A model generated the notes under the pieces. That model made no database searches, was not told the origin of the DNA, and worked only from the letters and a program-made list of their open reading frames with translations. From Candidatus Velthaea sp. (GTDB lineage: Bacteria > Vulcanimicrobiota > Vulcanimicrobiia > Vulcanimicrobiales > Vulcanimicrobiaceae): a stretch of DNA of 64,000 nucleotides. The DNA is taken from positions 320,001 through 384,000 of the forward strand of contig CBDCCS010000018.1 in assembly GCA_965214935.1 (NCBI GenBank), given 5' to 3'. Made by a program: the position numbers and the translations under genes. Positions 20,331 through 30,571 of this stretch are shown piece by piece. How positions within the stretch are numbered: position 1 is the first letter of the stretch; every line of letters starts with the position of its first letter.

Positions 20331-20875
20331 TGCCGATTGCAGATCGAGGCATCGGTCTGCACGGTGTCGGCGAGAGCGTGCTGCCCGAAACGAAACGGGA
20401 GACCCGAATGGATCGCCAGCCCGGCCCGGTAAAATCGTGCCCGACGCCGTGGTTCCACCCTGTTCCTTGGTCTACGCTCTTTGAGCTTCCCGGTCGCCCG
20501 AAACGGCCGAGGGCGGATACCCCTTCATAACTATTTGCTATCGCACCGGGGCTGCGTAGCGCACGACAAGATGCACCAGGACCGCGATAAACGCGACGTC
20601 GAGCGCGATCCAGAGGGCGAACGCGCCGCGTAAAATCGGATTGATTAGCTGCCGTCGGAGCGCGCTCGGGACAACATGACAATGGCTGCGGCACTTGCGA
20701 TACGAGCAAGTGCCGCCGGATCAATGCCGCGACCCTCACAAGGGGGCAGCTAGCCTCAGATGCTCATTGCCGGCGTTTTCGTTCGCAAATATAACGAACG
20801 ATGTTAAATGCAAGAAAAAGCAAGGAGAGGATCCATCCGGTCCAAATTTGCCACTGCTGCATTTCTCGTTACACA

Positions 20876-21748
20876 CTACATGCAGAGCAACTGGTCTGGC
20901 GCAGAACTGCCGCTTCCCAGACCATCAGGTGGTTGTGGTCCTCCCGACAGCATCTGAACTCCGTCGCTTAAATTGAGGTTATCAATCATTCCTGAAACTG
21001 ATGGCGATCCGGCTGGTGGCGGTGGAGATGGAATGTTCCAAGGATTGCCGAAAAGTGCACTAAGGATCCCAGTAATTATACCGACCGGCGCCGCAACCTC
21101 TGGCGCTAGAATCCCAAAGACCAAACCAAAGACTCCGACGGCATATGCGCCGTTGAGCACACCTGCAGCTTGTGAACCAGGTGCTGGTGGCGCAGTATGA
21201 GCGAGATTGACACTAGCTACTTGTATTGTTGATCCCGCAGGGAACCCGCTGTAAACCATGTTTAAGTTGCCCTGAGAGTCATACCAAGTAGCGCCGCTTC
21301 CAATTTTTGGATCTGTAAATCTGCTCAAGCCCAAGCTCGGCGTCTGCGAGATTGTCGTTGAACCGTGCGTGAAAGTTTGTCCTGAGAAGACCGGGTGGTT
21401 CGGCGTTATAACAAGACTTGCTGTACCGTAAGCGTTTAGTGTTAGCGAAGTGCCAGGAATAATAATGCCGTTAGAATTTGCACCGGAGCTATCAATACTT
21501 TTCGCTACTACTCCTTGATTCGTTGTCATCTTTGCGCCTCGGTAGTTGTTTGCTTTCAGGGCTGTTACCGAAGCAAGAATTGCGGCTGGCGTTGGCGGCG
21601 GAGAATGACATCCAACAGGGCATTGGAAAAGGGTCCCTTCGGCCGACAGACCTTTTTGTGGTAGGTTGTTAAGTGAGTTCGTGGCGAGTCCGGCACATCC
21701 GGCAAGACCTGTGAATGCGATGCCGGATACAAAATAGCGACGTTGCAT
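20876..21748 (-). CDS. Putative Tat-exported lipoprotein with C-terminal hydrophobic hairpin
   Basis: MQRRYFVSG twin-Arg plus LAGC lipobox; AT-richer codon usage. Confidence 0.65.
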   Translation of the reverse strand: MQRRYFVSGIAFTGLAGCAGLATNSLNNLPQKGLSAEGTLFQCPVGCHSPPPTPAAILASVTALKANNYRGAKMTTNQGVVAKSIDSSGANSNGIIIPGTSLTLNAYGTASLVITPNHPVFSGQTFTHGSTTISQTPSLGLSRFTDPKIGSGATWYDSQGNLNMVYSGFPAGSTIQVASVNLAHTAPPAPGSQAAGVLNGAYAVGVFGLVFGILAPEVAAPVGIITGILSALFGNPWNIPSPPPPAGSPSVSGMIDNLNLSDGVQMLSGGPQPPDGLGSGSSAPDQLLCM

Positions 21749-22110
21749 TAAGCCGACAAACAGAATTTAAGACATCGCGCCTACAAGTCGCAGCGTGCAG
21801 CGTGTCGTCTCCTCTTTGTATTATCGAACCACGAACAATCAGCCCTCTGACGGGTCTTTGCTTCAAGGGACTAAAGGCTCTTGAAAAGTCAGACACTGGG
21901 GTTCTTACAGCTCAAACAGTTTAGAGCTATAAAGCAGACACAACGTGTGTTAAACGTTACGGCGAGACTGAAATTCTCGGCCTCGCGAATCGGCAGCGCG
22001 GTCGCGACTTCACCGCAACCTAAGTCTTGATTACAGCGGGCGTAGCGTTGATTTATACAAACGAGCACGGTTAAAGCGAAGTTCACAAAGTAAGATGACG
22101 GCTCCCGATA

Positions 22111-22301
22111 TTACGTTGCCCCGGTTTTCCGGACATTTAGTTAAGCTGCGATCGGCAGCGACGACTCGTATTGTTCGGGGCTAATGTATCCAAGCGTGAA
22201 GTGGAGACGGTTTCGGTGTACCAGATTTCGATATACTCAAATGTTGCGGCACGGGCGTGAGCGCGAGATTCCCAAATCGGATCACCGAGCTCGGTTTTCA
22301 T
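22111..22301 (-). mobile_element. IS3-family remnant (3' end of transposase plus right inverted repeat)
   Basis: MKTEL...W.SRAHARAATFEYIEIWY, then frameshifted RNRLHFTLGYISPEQYE; followed by TGTCCGGAAAACCGGGGCAACGTAA resembling an IS3 IRR. Confidence 0.8.
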
Positions 22302-22350
22302 GCTTCCGGGCGGTCGAAAGCGAAGATCGCTTTTTTTTACCAGATACCCC

Positions 22351-22380
22351 CTTGAAAAATTAGGCAGATCACGTGATAGG
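22351..22380 (+). promoter_or_regulatory. Putative variant sigma-28 promoter CTTGAA-N15-CGTGATAGG
   Basis: 23/30 ungapped identity to the site at 58840-58869; ends 32 nt before ATG 22413. Confidence 0.65.
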
Positions 22381-22412
22381 GAAGGCAACGCAGATTTTCG
22401 AGGGGGCAGATC

Positions 22413-23633
22413 ATGCCGGAATCGCTAGCGCTTTATTCTGTCGGGTCGACTCCGGAGGTGCAACCAACTGCAGCGGTTGCTGAACAAACGGTGCAGCGTC
22501 AACCTGCCGGTGCCAGCGGCGCTCTCGCAACCGATGCTATCGCCCGTTCTTCGGAGCCATCCGATCTTCACAATGTAGCAGCAAGCGGTCTGACTGCTTC
22601 GGATAGTCACGAAGACCAGGCTGCCCGCGCGATCGCTGTTGTCACAAATAAAGTCAGCGGTAAAGTCGACTTTGACCGTCTCGCTGACCACGTAACGAGT
22701 CAGACGGATTTTGCCAAAGCATCCGAGAGTTACGCGCATATCAAGTCGGAGCTTGCGCAGCGCAATCCGAGCGAAGCACAAAATTTCGACAGTGCCGTCG
22801 CTCGAGCTTACACCCGCGGAGCAACGGACGCAGTTACCGCCGCAAGCACGGGTTTGGCCTCCGCCGGTAAGAAAGTGCTCGTGAATAATCCGATATTATC
22901 GAAGCAATGGGAATCGACGCGAAGTGCGTGGACCGGCAGAGGCGGCTTTTCATCGGGTCTAACGACATTGCTGGAGTCGCATGGGATTCAGTCGCCTGCG
23001 TTTACCAATCAGGTCCCGCCGAATTCACTTGGAAAGGCGAGCGGCGTACCGAAAGAGGTAGCAAACAACGTCAATGGCAGTGCGGCGCGCGATGCAATCG
23101 CCGAACGCTATCGGGATGCCGGGCATCACGTCATTACCGAAGTTAGCCGGCAGAACGGTACACGTCGCGTCGATGTTCAAGTCGATGTACAAGCGAAAGA
23201 CCCGCGCTATAACCAACGCATCGATATTGAATCGAAGGTCGGACGCACGACAAAATCATCGACGATCGCAGCCCAGGCCGCGAAAGACGGTGAGGCGCTT
23301 GCGGAGAATGGCGCCGTGCGGGGTACGGGTCGAGCACTAGAAACGGCCGGCAAAGTAATGTTGCCGATCGCTATCGCCGGCGATGCGATCGAGCTTGGTC
23401 AAGCGTTCCACGCGGACGGAAATAAAATCGGGACCGAGACTGGTCGTGCGGCCTCCGGCATTGCCGGCGGTTGGGGCGGAGCGATCGTCGGTGCTGAGGT
23501 CGGCGCTGCGGCCGGATCGTTTGTTCCCGTTGTCGGCACGGCCATCGGCGGAATCATTGGTGGCGCGATTGGCGGCTTTGGTGGAGATAAGCTTGGCCGC
23601 AAGGTGTTTGACGCGATCGATTCATTATTCTAA
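22413..23633 (+). CDS. Putative secreted toxin: disordered N-terminus, PD-(D/E)xK-like nuclease motif, C-terminal glycine zipper
   Basis: RRVDV...IDIESKVG; GIAGGWGGAIVGAEVGAAAGSFVPVVGTAIGGIIGGAIGG. Confidence 0.65.
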   Translation: MPESLALYSVGSTPEVQPTAAVAEQTVQRQPAGASGALATDAIARSSEPSDLHNVAASGLTASDSHEDQAARAIAVVTNKVSGKVDFDRLADHVTSQTDFAKASESYAHIKSELAQRNPSEAQNFDSAVARAYTRGATDAVTAASTGLASAGKKVLVNNPILSKQWESTRSAWTGRGGFSSGLTTLLESHGIQSPAFTNQVPPNSLGKASGVPKEVANNVNGSAARDAIAERYRDAGHHVITEVSRQNGTRRVDVQVDVQAKDPRYNQRIDIESKVGRTTKSSTIAAQAAKDGEALAENGAVRGTGRALETAGKVMLPIAIAGDAIELGQAFHADGNKIGTETGRAASGIAGGWGGAIVGAEVGAAAGSFVPVVGTAIGGIIGGAIGGFGGDKLGRKVFDAIDSLF

Positions 23634-23638
23634 TTCGG

Positions 23639-24313
23639 ATGAAACGCTGGTTCGATTTTCAGCGACTTGCTAAGCGCAGCCGCTTACGGGCACTTCTCGC
23701 AACGTACGTTCCCTACCAAATCCCGTACCCCGGTCCGGGTCGCATTCTAACGGCGGCGCAAGCGGATGCGAATTTAGCGTATCTGTTAGCCAATCGCGCC
23801 GAGCGTCTGCAGATCGCCGCCGAACTGCTTGCGCACTTTGGCTTAGATGTCGGTACTGCGTTGAAAGGAGCCGATCCCAAGCCGTTTGTTGATGCGCTCT
23901 GGCGCTGGTCCGTCGACGAATGGCCGACCGTCGCAGACGCGCGACTGCAGCGCAGCGCGTGGATCGTCAGCAAGCGCGATGGCGATGAGATCGTGTTTTC
24001 AATGCTCACCGACGTTGCGATCATACTCGCTGAGATGGTACTTGTGCGTCGAACCGATTACTACTGGACGCTCGATCGCGATCCGGAGAACAAAGCTGAC
24101 GACATGATAAGTTGGCAACGCCCCGTCGTTATTCGACCCGAAGAGAGCGATGTGCCCAAAATCATGTACGATTTCGAGTATGCGGCTTGCATATCGTACG
24201 AGCAGTGCACGCGTCCGGCATATGGTGTAATAAATAATCTCGGTCACGGAACACTTGAGGCGATCTCCGGAACGGCGTTAGCGGCATGGCGAAGCTCCGG
24301 GTGGAGCAGTTAG
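23639..24313 (+). CDS. Hypothetical protein, candidate immunity protein
   Basis: Starts 5 nt after the toxin-like gene; no recognisable family. Confidence 0.55.
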   Translation: MKRWFDFQRLAKRSRLRALLATYVPYQIPYPGPGRILTAAQADANLAYLLANRAERLQIAAELLAHFGLDVGTALKGADPKPFVDALWRWSVDEWPTVADARLQRSAWIVSKRDGDEIVFSMLTDVAIILAEMVLVRRTDYYWTLDRDPENKADDMISWQRPVVIRPEESDVPKIMYDFEYAACISYEQCTRPAYGVINNLGHGTLEAISGTALAAWRSSGWSS

Positions 24314-24876
24314 AGGAGCAAATCCACCGGTCGGCCCTGTACGTTCCTCAACTCGTTCTCCGTCATGTATTCCCAGCTTCCGATCTGTGCGTACTGGCGA
24401 ATATCATCAGCGATTTGTTTGTCGGGATAGTGTCGAGTCACCGTCGCTATGATGCTATCGACGGCGGCGGGTTCTAAGCGGCCGAGCATGCGAGACAAGT
24501 CGCCCTGATCGATACCGCGAGCCGAATCGATCTCTATTAAAACGAGAAATGCAAGGGGAATAACGCGTTGACCCTCTTGGTTTAACACGTGCGGCGACGC
24601 AAAAGCTTCCGTTAACCAAGGCGCATTGCTCGAAAGAATGTCAAGATCGCTCTGCTCTTGACAACGCCACGCCGATCCGAAGAGATCAAGGTTTGAGCTG
24701 GGCAATATAAGATCGTTTTGTTTCTGGCAACTTAAACGAGACAGCTGGCGTTCTGCGTCTACAACAGCTTTGGGCCGAACGACGACATCGATAGCTTTCG
24801 TGCTTCTTTCCGGCGCATAAACAGCTTCGGCGTGCGCGCCGATAAGCATGAACGCAATACCATCAAGAACAGGCAC
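24310..24876 (-). pseudogene. Degenerate, probably 5'-truncated nucleotidyltransferase-fold gene
   Basis: FMLIGAHA...Y...RSTKAIDVVV (the usual R.T.DxD has D->A); R..DQGDL; no clear start context. Confidence 0.55.
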
Positions 24877-25180
24877 GTAAGCAACGTTCTACCGTCGCCA
24901 ATTCATTAACCGCAAAGATCGCTGCCAGTCCCGTAAGCGCGTCTTCGCATCGCCCGACTAAGAAAGAAGCGACGCCGATCCGCAGCCTGAGTTACATCGA
25001 AACCTGACGATAAGCTCAATCTGCAAGCTGCCTCCCTCTAATCATTGACATTTCGCTGAGCGCCTGTTCATACTTCTTGCTAGTTCATTGAAAGCTGGCC
25101 TTCTTGCAATTCCATCCATAACGGTCTGCACGAAAGTAATATTGTAAAGCTTTTCGAAAAAATTCGCAGAGGTTTAAATG

Positions 25181-26221
25181 TTAATAGAACTCGTCTAAGT
25201 TAAGCGCGTTGCGGAGTTTTTCGCCGCGTGCGAAACGCCCGAGATTATCGGCGAACAAGGCGACAATGCGCGCATTTTCATGGACCGACAGCGCGGCGGT
25301 GTGCGGGCTCATGATAACGTTGGGTAGCGTCCACAGCGGGCTATCGGACGGCAGCGGTTCGTGCTCGAATACGTCGAGCACGGCACCCGCAATGCGTTCG
25401 GCGGTCAGCGCGGCAATAAGCGCCGCCTCGTCGACGACCGAGCCGCGCCCGACGTTAATGACGATGGCATGCGCGGTCAGCGCCGCTATTACGTTCGCGC
25501 TGACGAGTCCGGCCGTGGCGTCGGTCATCGGCAATGTGATCGCCAGCGCGTCGGCTTCTCGTGCCGTTTCAAATAGCGCCGTTGTCGCGCGCGTTTCGTC
25601 GATGTTAGGACGCGGCTCTCCGTTACGCGTTAAGCCGATCGTGCGCATTCCGAATGCACGCGCGCGCTTCGCGATTGCCGCTCCAATCTGACCCATGCCG
25701 AGAATCGCAAGCGTCGACCCGTCGAGTTCGCTCATCGCGTAGTGCTCCCATGCGCGCTCGGCTCGAATGCGTGCGAGCCGACGTGCGTCTTTGCGCAACG
25801 CAAGCAAACCGTATAATGCGAATTCCGCGAGCATCCCGGCATGCACGCCGGCGGCCGAAGCGAAGCTGACGCGTTCGAGCACCTCGGGTGCTAGTGCTGC
25901 GCGCTTCACGTGAGCACCCATGCCGGCCGACGTCCCTTGAACGAACCGAATGTTCGGGCCGCCGGCGAGCATTGCGGCAAGACCGCTGCTCGATTCTTGC
26001 GGGTAGCCGAAAATGACATCGGCCCGCCGCACCAGTTCGTTCCAACGGCGATGAGCGTCGGCTGTATGTACGGCCGGATCGCCGGCATGATCGTTCGGAT
26101 AGCGTGGACGTCCTAAGAGTTCCGGTTCGTAATCGACAGCGTCCACCACGTCGAGGTCGCGCAGCGATGCGGCGAGTTCGGCTTCGAGCGGGCTGGCGAT
26201 GAGCACGGTCAAGCCGTTCAT
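25181..26221 (-). CDS. D-2-hydroxyacid dehydrogenase
   Basis: ILGMGQIG; INVGRGSVVDE; LDVFEHEPLP; SPHTA. Confidence 0.92.
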   Translation of the reverse strand: MNGLTVLIASPLEAELAASLRDLDVVDAVDYEPELLGRPRYPNDHAGDPAVHTADAHRRWNELVRRADVIFGYPQESSSGLAAMLAGGPNIRFVQGTSAGMGAHVKRAALAPEVLERVSFASAAGVHAGMLAEFALYGLLALRKDARRLARIRAERAWEHYAMSELDGSTLAILGMGQIGAAIAKRARAFGMRTIGLTRNGEPRPNIDETRATTALFETAREADALAITLPMTDATAGLVSANVIAALTAHAIVINVGRGSVVDEAALIAALTAERIAGAVLDVFEHEPLPSDSPLWTLPNVIMSPHTAALSVHENARIVALFADNLGRFARGEKLRNALNLDEFY

Positions 26222-27849
26222 TGTACGTCGACGTCCATCATATCGTCGAACGGCGTCAGCAGCGGCGGGTGAAAGCCGCGCACGTGCTTGTTGCTCGCAT
26301 AGCCGCCTTTCCAGACATAGAGCATGATCGTCGGCACGTCGCTGATGAGCCGTCGCTGCACGGCAGAAAAGAGCCGGCGGCGCTCGGCGGTATCGTACGA
26401 AAGCTCGATCCGCGCCAGCAGCGCATCGATGTCGTGACTGCAATAGCGCGTTGCGTTTTCGCCGTGCGGCGGTATCGTGCCGCAGCCGTACAATCCGGTC
26501 ACGTCGGAAACCGCTTCGAGCGTCCGCGGATACATCGCAAGCTCGAACTTTCCGCTGTAGAGCACGCCGCCGGCACTGGCCGGAGCGCGGAAAACGTTCG
26601 GCGCGAATTTGCGCGAGTCGACTTCAATTCCAACGTCGCGCAACGTGGCGCGAACCGCTTCCATCGTCAAGTCGCTCTCGGTCGTTCCGACTTGATAGAC
26701 CGCGTGAAGCACCAGCCGTTGTCCGTTCTTGGTGCGAATGCCGTCAGACCCCGGCCGCCAACCTGCGGCGTCGAGTAGCGCCCGCGAACGCGCCGGCGCA
26801 TACGGCACGATCGCGTCGTGCGCGCCCGGGGGATCGAGCGGAATCACCGCACCGTCGTGCGTCGAACCGTAGCCATGCAGAACGGTTGCGACCATGCGCG
26901 GCCGGTCGAGCGCGGCGCGAACGGCGTCGCGCACGCGCCGGTCGCTCACGATCGGCCGCGTGTAGACGAAGTCGAGGTTCGTCGTACGAAAGTTCGGTTG
27001 CACGAGCACGTCGAGTGCGGACACGCCGCGCAGGCGTTCCATGTAACTCGGCGGCACGAGCGGCCAAAGATCCGTTTCGCCCGTCTGCATCTGATTCATG
27101 AGCGTTTGTTGGGCGGGCAGCAACTTGTAGGTGATGTGCTCGAGCTTCGGTTTGCCGCGCCAATAATATGGATTCGCTTCGAGTTCGATCGCGTCGCCAT
27201 GCTTCCACGCCACGATTCGAAATGGCCCGATGCCGACCGGCTTGAGATTGTAACTCGCGGTATTGATGTTCGGCAGGGCGCCCAAGATATGCTTGGGCAG
27301 AATGCACGGTTCGTTCGCCGCCGTCCCGAAGAAGAGCGGCAGATAACTGCCGTACGGATGTTTGAGGTGAAAGACGGCCGTGTATTTGTCGGGCTCGGCC
27401 ATCGATGCGATCGAGTCCCAGCCGGCTGTTCCTTGTTCTTCGTTGTTGGCCGGATTCATGATCGTCCGCACGCTAAAGAGAACGTCTTCGGCACTAAACG
27501 GCGCGCCATCGGACCAGCGCACGCCGCGGCGCAGATGCCAAACGATCGTTTTGCCGTCGGCGCTGATGCCGCCGTTGCGTTGCGTCGGGATGACCGTCAG
27601 GAGTTCGGGTACGGGCCGTGCGTTGACATCGTAGCGCGCGAGATACGCTTGCGTCAGCTCGGCAATGTAGCCCGTCGTGGCCGACGGATCGAGATGAATG
27701 TTGAGGCTGTTCGGATCGCCTTGTCCGATCGCGATCCGCAGCCAGTGCGCGCGGGTGTTTGAAGCGGTGCCGGTTGGTGCGCAAGCGGAAGCGGCGGCCG
27801 TCCACAGCGTCAACAAAACGGCGATGACGATCCGGGCGCGCAGCTTCAT
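26218..27849 (-). CDS. ABC transporter substrate-binding protein, family 5 (peptide/opine)
   Basis: Signal/lipobox; NGGISADG; LRRGVRWSDGAPFSAEDV; PVGIGPF; LDAAGW. Confidence 0.92.
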   Translation of the reverse strand: MKLRARIVIAVLLTLWTAAASACAPTGTASNTRAHWLRIAIGQGDPNSLNIHLDPSATTGYIAELTQAYLARYDVNARPVPELLTVIPTQRNGGISADGKTIVWHLRRGVRWSDGAPFSAEDVLFSVRTIMNPANNEEQGTAGWDSIASMAEPDKYTAVFHLKHPYGSYLPLFFGTAANEPCILPKHILGALPNINTASYNLKPVGIGPFRIVAWKHGDAIELEANPYYWRGKPKLEHITYKLLPAQQTLMNQMQTGETDLWPLVPPSYMERLRGVSALDVLVQPNFRTTNLDFVYTRPIVSDRRVRDAVRAALDRPRMVATVLHGYGSTHDGAVIPLDPPGAHDAIVPYAPARSRALLDAAGWRPGSDGIRTKNGQRLVLHAVYQVGTTESDLTMEAVRATLRDVGIEVDSRKFAPNVFRAPASAGGVLYSGKFELAMYPRTLEAVSDVTGLYGCGTIPPHGENATRYCSHDIDALLARIELSYDTAERRRLFSAVQRRLISDVPTIMLYVWKGGYASNKHVRGFHPPLLTPFDDMMDVDVQ

Positions 27850-29483
27850 CGTGCCATCTCTTCGGCGATCCAGGCGACCGGCGCCGAGCCGAAGGCGAGC
27901 AATTCATCGTGAAACGCCTTGGCGGAAAGCGTCGATGTGCGGCGTAGCGCCGCAATTTGCTGCGTGCCGCACCAGTACATCACCCGGCTGCCCGGAAACA
28001 TTGAGTTACGGGTCGTTTCGGCATCGATGCGCGCCGGTGCGAAGTGCGCTTCATCGCGGTAAAACGCGCGCATCTCTTCGAGCGTGTATGTGCCGGTGTG
28101 AAAACGCAAATCGGCTAGGCAGCTCGCGATGTTGCGCAGCTCGAAGTAGGCTAATTGCAACGACTCGGCAGCGCTGTAAAAATCCGTGACGTCCGACAGT
28201 AGGTCCTCCGCGTAACAGGCCCAGCCTTCAACGAGCGTGCCGGCCGCGAGCAGCGTGAGCCCGCTCGCGCCGTCCGTACCGGCGATGCGCGCGAAACGCG
28301 ACTGCGCGGCGCGTGCACGTGCGTTCTGCGTGTGGTGGCCGACGCTGCCGTGGTGCACGGCATGCACGAGTTTAACGGCAGCGGTGTTATGCGTGCGCCG
28401 AATCTCAGCGGGCGAACCGAGCGGCGGCGCGACCCAGTACGTGCTGCCGCTGCCCGCCCGGCGTGCCGCCGGCGATCGATAGAAGAGAAAATACAAGTCG
28501 CTTGCAACTGGCCGAGCCCAGTCGGGTAGCAGCGCGAACGTCAAGCCGTAATCGGCGGCCGGCGTCACGAGATGCGCCGCATCGCGCAGCGCTCGGTCAT
28601 GCCAGTGCTCGTACGTGTGGAGGACGTCTTGCGGCAAGGGGCCTTCGTCGGCGAGTGCTGCAAGCTGTTCGCGCCACGAGCGGCTCGGATCGCGTTGTCG
28701 CGCGAGCGTTGTAAGCGCATCGAACGCCGCATCGAATGCACGTGCGGCGCGACGTTCGAGTTCCGCAGGCGTTTCGCTCAAGCCATGCACGGTGCGCAGA
28801 ATGAACGCAAGGTGGGCGGCGCCGCACGCCCCGGACGAGTCCGGCGTTGCCGATGCACTGCGTCCGCCGCCGAATGTCTCTGCAAACCGGTCGCAGGCTG
28901 CAAGTACGGCCGCCACGCGCCGTTCGTCGACCGTCGTGGCCAGCGAATGAAGCGGCAGTCCGTCACGCAGAAGCCGTTGCAGCGCTCGGATCTCCGTTCG
29001 TGCGCGTAATGCCCAAGCCGCGGGGATAGCTATGCCGTTCAGCGCCGTCCGACCGGCGTCGAGGAACTCCGGCAATGCTGCAAGGCGAGCATCGAGCGCC
29101 GTGACAAGCACTGTTGTATCGCCGACGCTGCCGGCATCACCGGAAGCCGACAACAGCGAAATGATACCGAACGCTGCTTCGCCCGTGTACCACGCGGGAT
29201 TGCAATAACGTGCGCGCCGCGCGTACGGGCTTGTCGCCGCCGCGCAGAATGCATGCAGATGCCGTGCATCGAGCCGCGCCGCCGGATCGTCGGGTACGGG
29301 CATCGCCGCTAACCGCCCGTCGAGTGCGGCGTGCCGTTGCAGCGCTTCGGACTCGGCCGCGGCGTCCGCGCGCGGCAACTGGGTTGCCCAGCCCGGCTCG
29401 CCCGCGAACGTCGCTGCGATCGGATCGTAATCCCAAAGCGCTCGTAGGCCGTCGTCGACGAGCGTCAGGAAATCGCGATCCAT
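27846..29483 (-). CDS. DUF885 family protein
   Basis: GHH...EGWACYAE; Y..G..I; FHDELLAFG. Confidence 0.8.
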   Translation of the reverse strand: MDRDFLTLVDDGLRALWDYDPIAATFAGEPGWATQLPRADAAAESEALQRHAALDGRLAAMPVPDDPAARLDARHLHAFCAAATSPYARRARYCNPAWYTGEAAFGIISLLSASGDAGSVGDTTVLVTALDARLAALPEFLDAGRTALNGIAIPAAWALRARTEIRALQRLLRDGLPLHSLATTVDERRVAAVLAACDRFAETFGGGRSASATPDSSGACGAAHLAFILRTVHGLSETPAELERRAARAFDAAFDALTTLARQRDPSRSWREQLAALADEGPLPQDVLHTYEHWHDRALRDAAHLVTPAADYGLTFALLPDWARPVASDLYFLFYRSPAARRAGSGSTYWVAPPLGSPAEIRRTHNTAAVKLVHAVHHGSVGHHTQNARARAAQSRFARIAGTDGASGLTLLAAGTLVEGWACYAEDLLSDVTDFYSAAESLQLAYFELRNIASCLADLRFHTGTYTLEEMRAFYRDEAHFAPARIDAETTRNSMFPGSRVMYWCGTQQIAALRRTSTLSAKAFHDELLAFGSAPVAWIAEEMAR

Positions 29484-30571
29484 CGGCGTTCCTCGTGCGA
29501 ACGGACGATCGCGTCGACAATCTGCTGACTTTTCGCACCGTCATGAAACGTGCATTCCGCCGGCGCATCGTCGACGATCTCATCCACGAAGTGGCGCACG
29601 AGGTTGCGATAGTACAGTTCGGGCCACGGCGTCGAAAGATCGGTTAGCGGCGGAAACGTCGCCGGGTCGGCGGGTATTTCGATGAAGTCGACGGCATCCG
29701 CTGAAGCAAAGGTGAGCCGCTCGGCGACACCGCGTTCGGCGATGAGCCGTGCGATCGCGGCGCCCTTCGAGCCGTACACGCGCAATTCGACGCCCGGGTA
29801 ATTGCCCACCGCGATGAACGACGTTTGCAATAGACCCTGCGCGCCGGACGCAAACTCGACAATCGCCACGGTGCCGTCGTCGATGGCGATGCGCTGACGG
29901 CCGCTGTAGCCGCGCACCGCGCGTTCGGGAACGTAGTTGTGCATGCTGCCGCAAACCGCGGCGAAGTCACCGGCGCACCAGCGCATCGCGTCGACAAGGT
30001 GCGAACCATAGCCGACGATCGACGATGGAATGAGCCGGTCGCGCGGTGCATCGGGCGAGACTTGGCGCAACGGAAAGTCCGGATCGAGAAATTGCGAATT
30101 CTGCTCGAAGCCGTGCACGTGAAAGATCTCACCCAAAGTGCCGTCGGCGATCCATGCGCGCAGCCGGCGCAGCGCCGGCGAATAGCGAAAGGTGAAGCCG
30201 AGCTTGGTTCGCACGCCGGCGGCGGTCGCCGCATCGGCGGCAGCGAACGCGTCGGCGGCGCGTTCGGCGAGCGGCTTTTCGGACAACACGTGCTTGCCTG
30301 CGTCGATCGCCGCGAGACTTAGTGCTAAATGCGTATGCGTCGGCGTGCACACATCGACGAGTTCGACCTCGGGATCGGCGAGCAGCGCCTGATGATCGGT
30401 ATAGACATGGGGGATATTGAACGCCGCAGCCATTGCATGCGCGCGTTCGGCTTCGATGTCGCAGATGGCGACGAGTCGCGCGCGTCCGTAGGCTGCGTAT
30501 CCCGGAAGATGCGCCGTTTCGGCCCAGCGGTGCGCGCCGATCACGCCGATACCGAGCGGCCTGCCGTTCAC
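29465..30571 (-). CDS. Gfo/Idh/MocA family oxidoreductase
   Basis: IGVIGA; LLADPEVELVDVCTP; GKHVLSEKPLA. Confidence 0.92.
   Translation of the reverse strand: MNGRPLGIGVIGAHRWAETAHLPGYAAYGRARLVAICDIEAERAHAMAAAFNIPHVYTDHQALLADPEVELVDVCTPTHTHLALSLAAIDAGKHVLSEKPLAERAADAFAAADAATAAGVRTKLGFTFRYSPALRRLRAWIADGTLGEIFHVHGFEQNSQFLDPDFPLRQVSPDAPRDRLIPSSIVGYGSHLVDAMRWCAGDFAAVCGSMHNYVPERAVRGYSGRQRIAIDDGTVAIVEFASGAQGLLQTSFIAVGNYPGVELRVYGSKGAAIARLIAERGVAERLTFASADAVDFIEIPADPATFPPLTDLSTPWPELYYRNLVRHFVDEIVDDAPAECTFHDGAKSQQIVDAIVRSHEERRWIAIS

Noticed and set aside
20296..20739. Possible gene or fragment after the cyclophilin
   Set aside because: No recognisable motif, start context or consistent frame.
21821..21850. 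TTCGATAA as a sigma-28 -10 for the lipoprotein gene
   Set aside because: No matching -35 at the right spacing, and it does not fit the CGTGATA motif.
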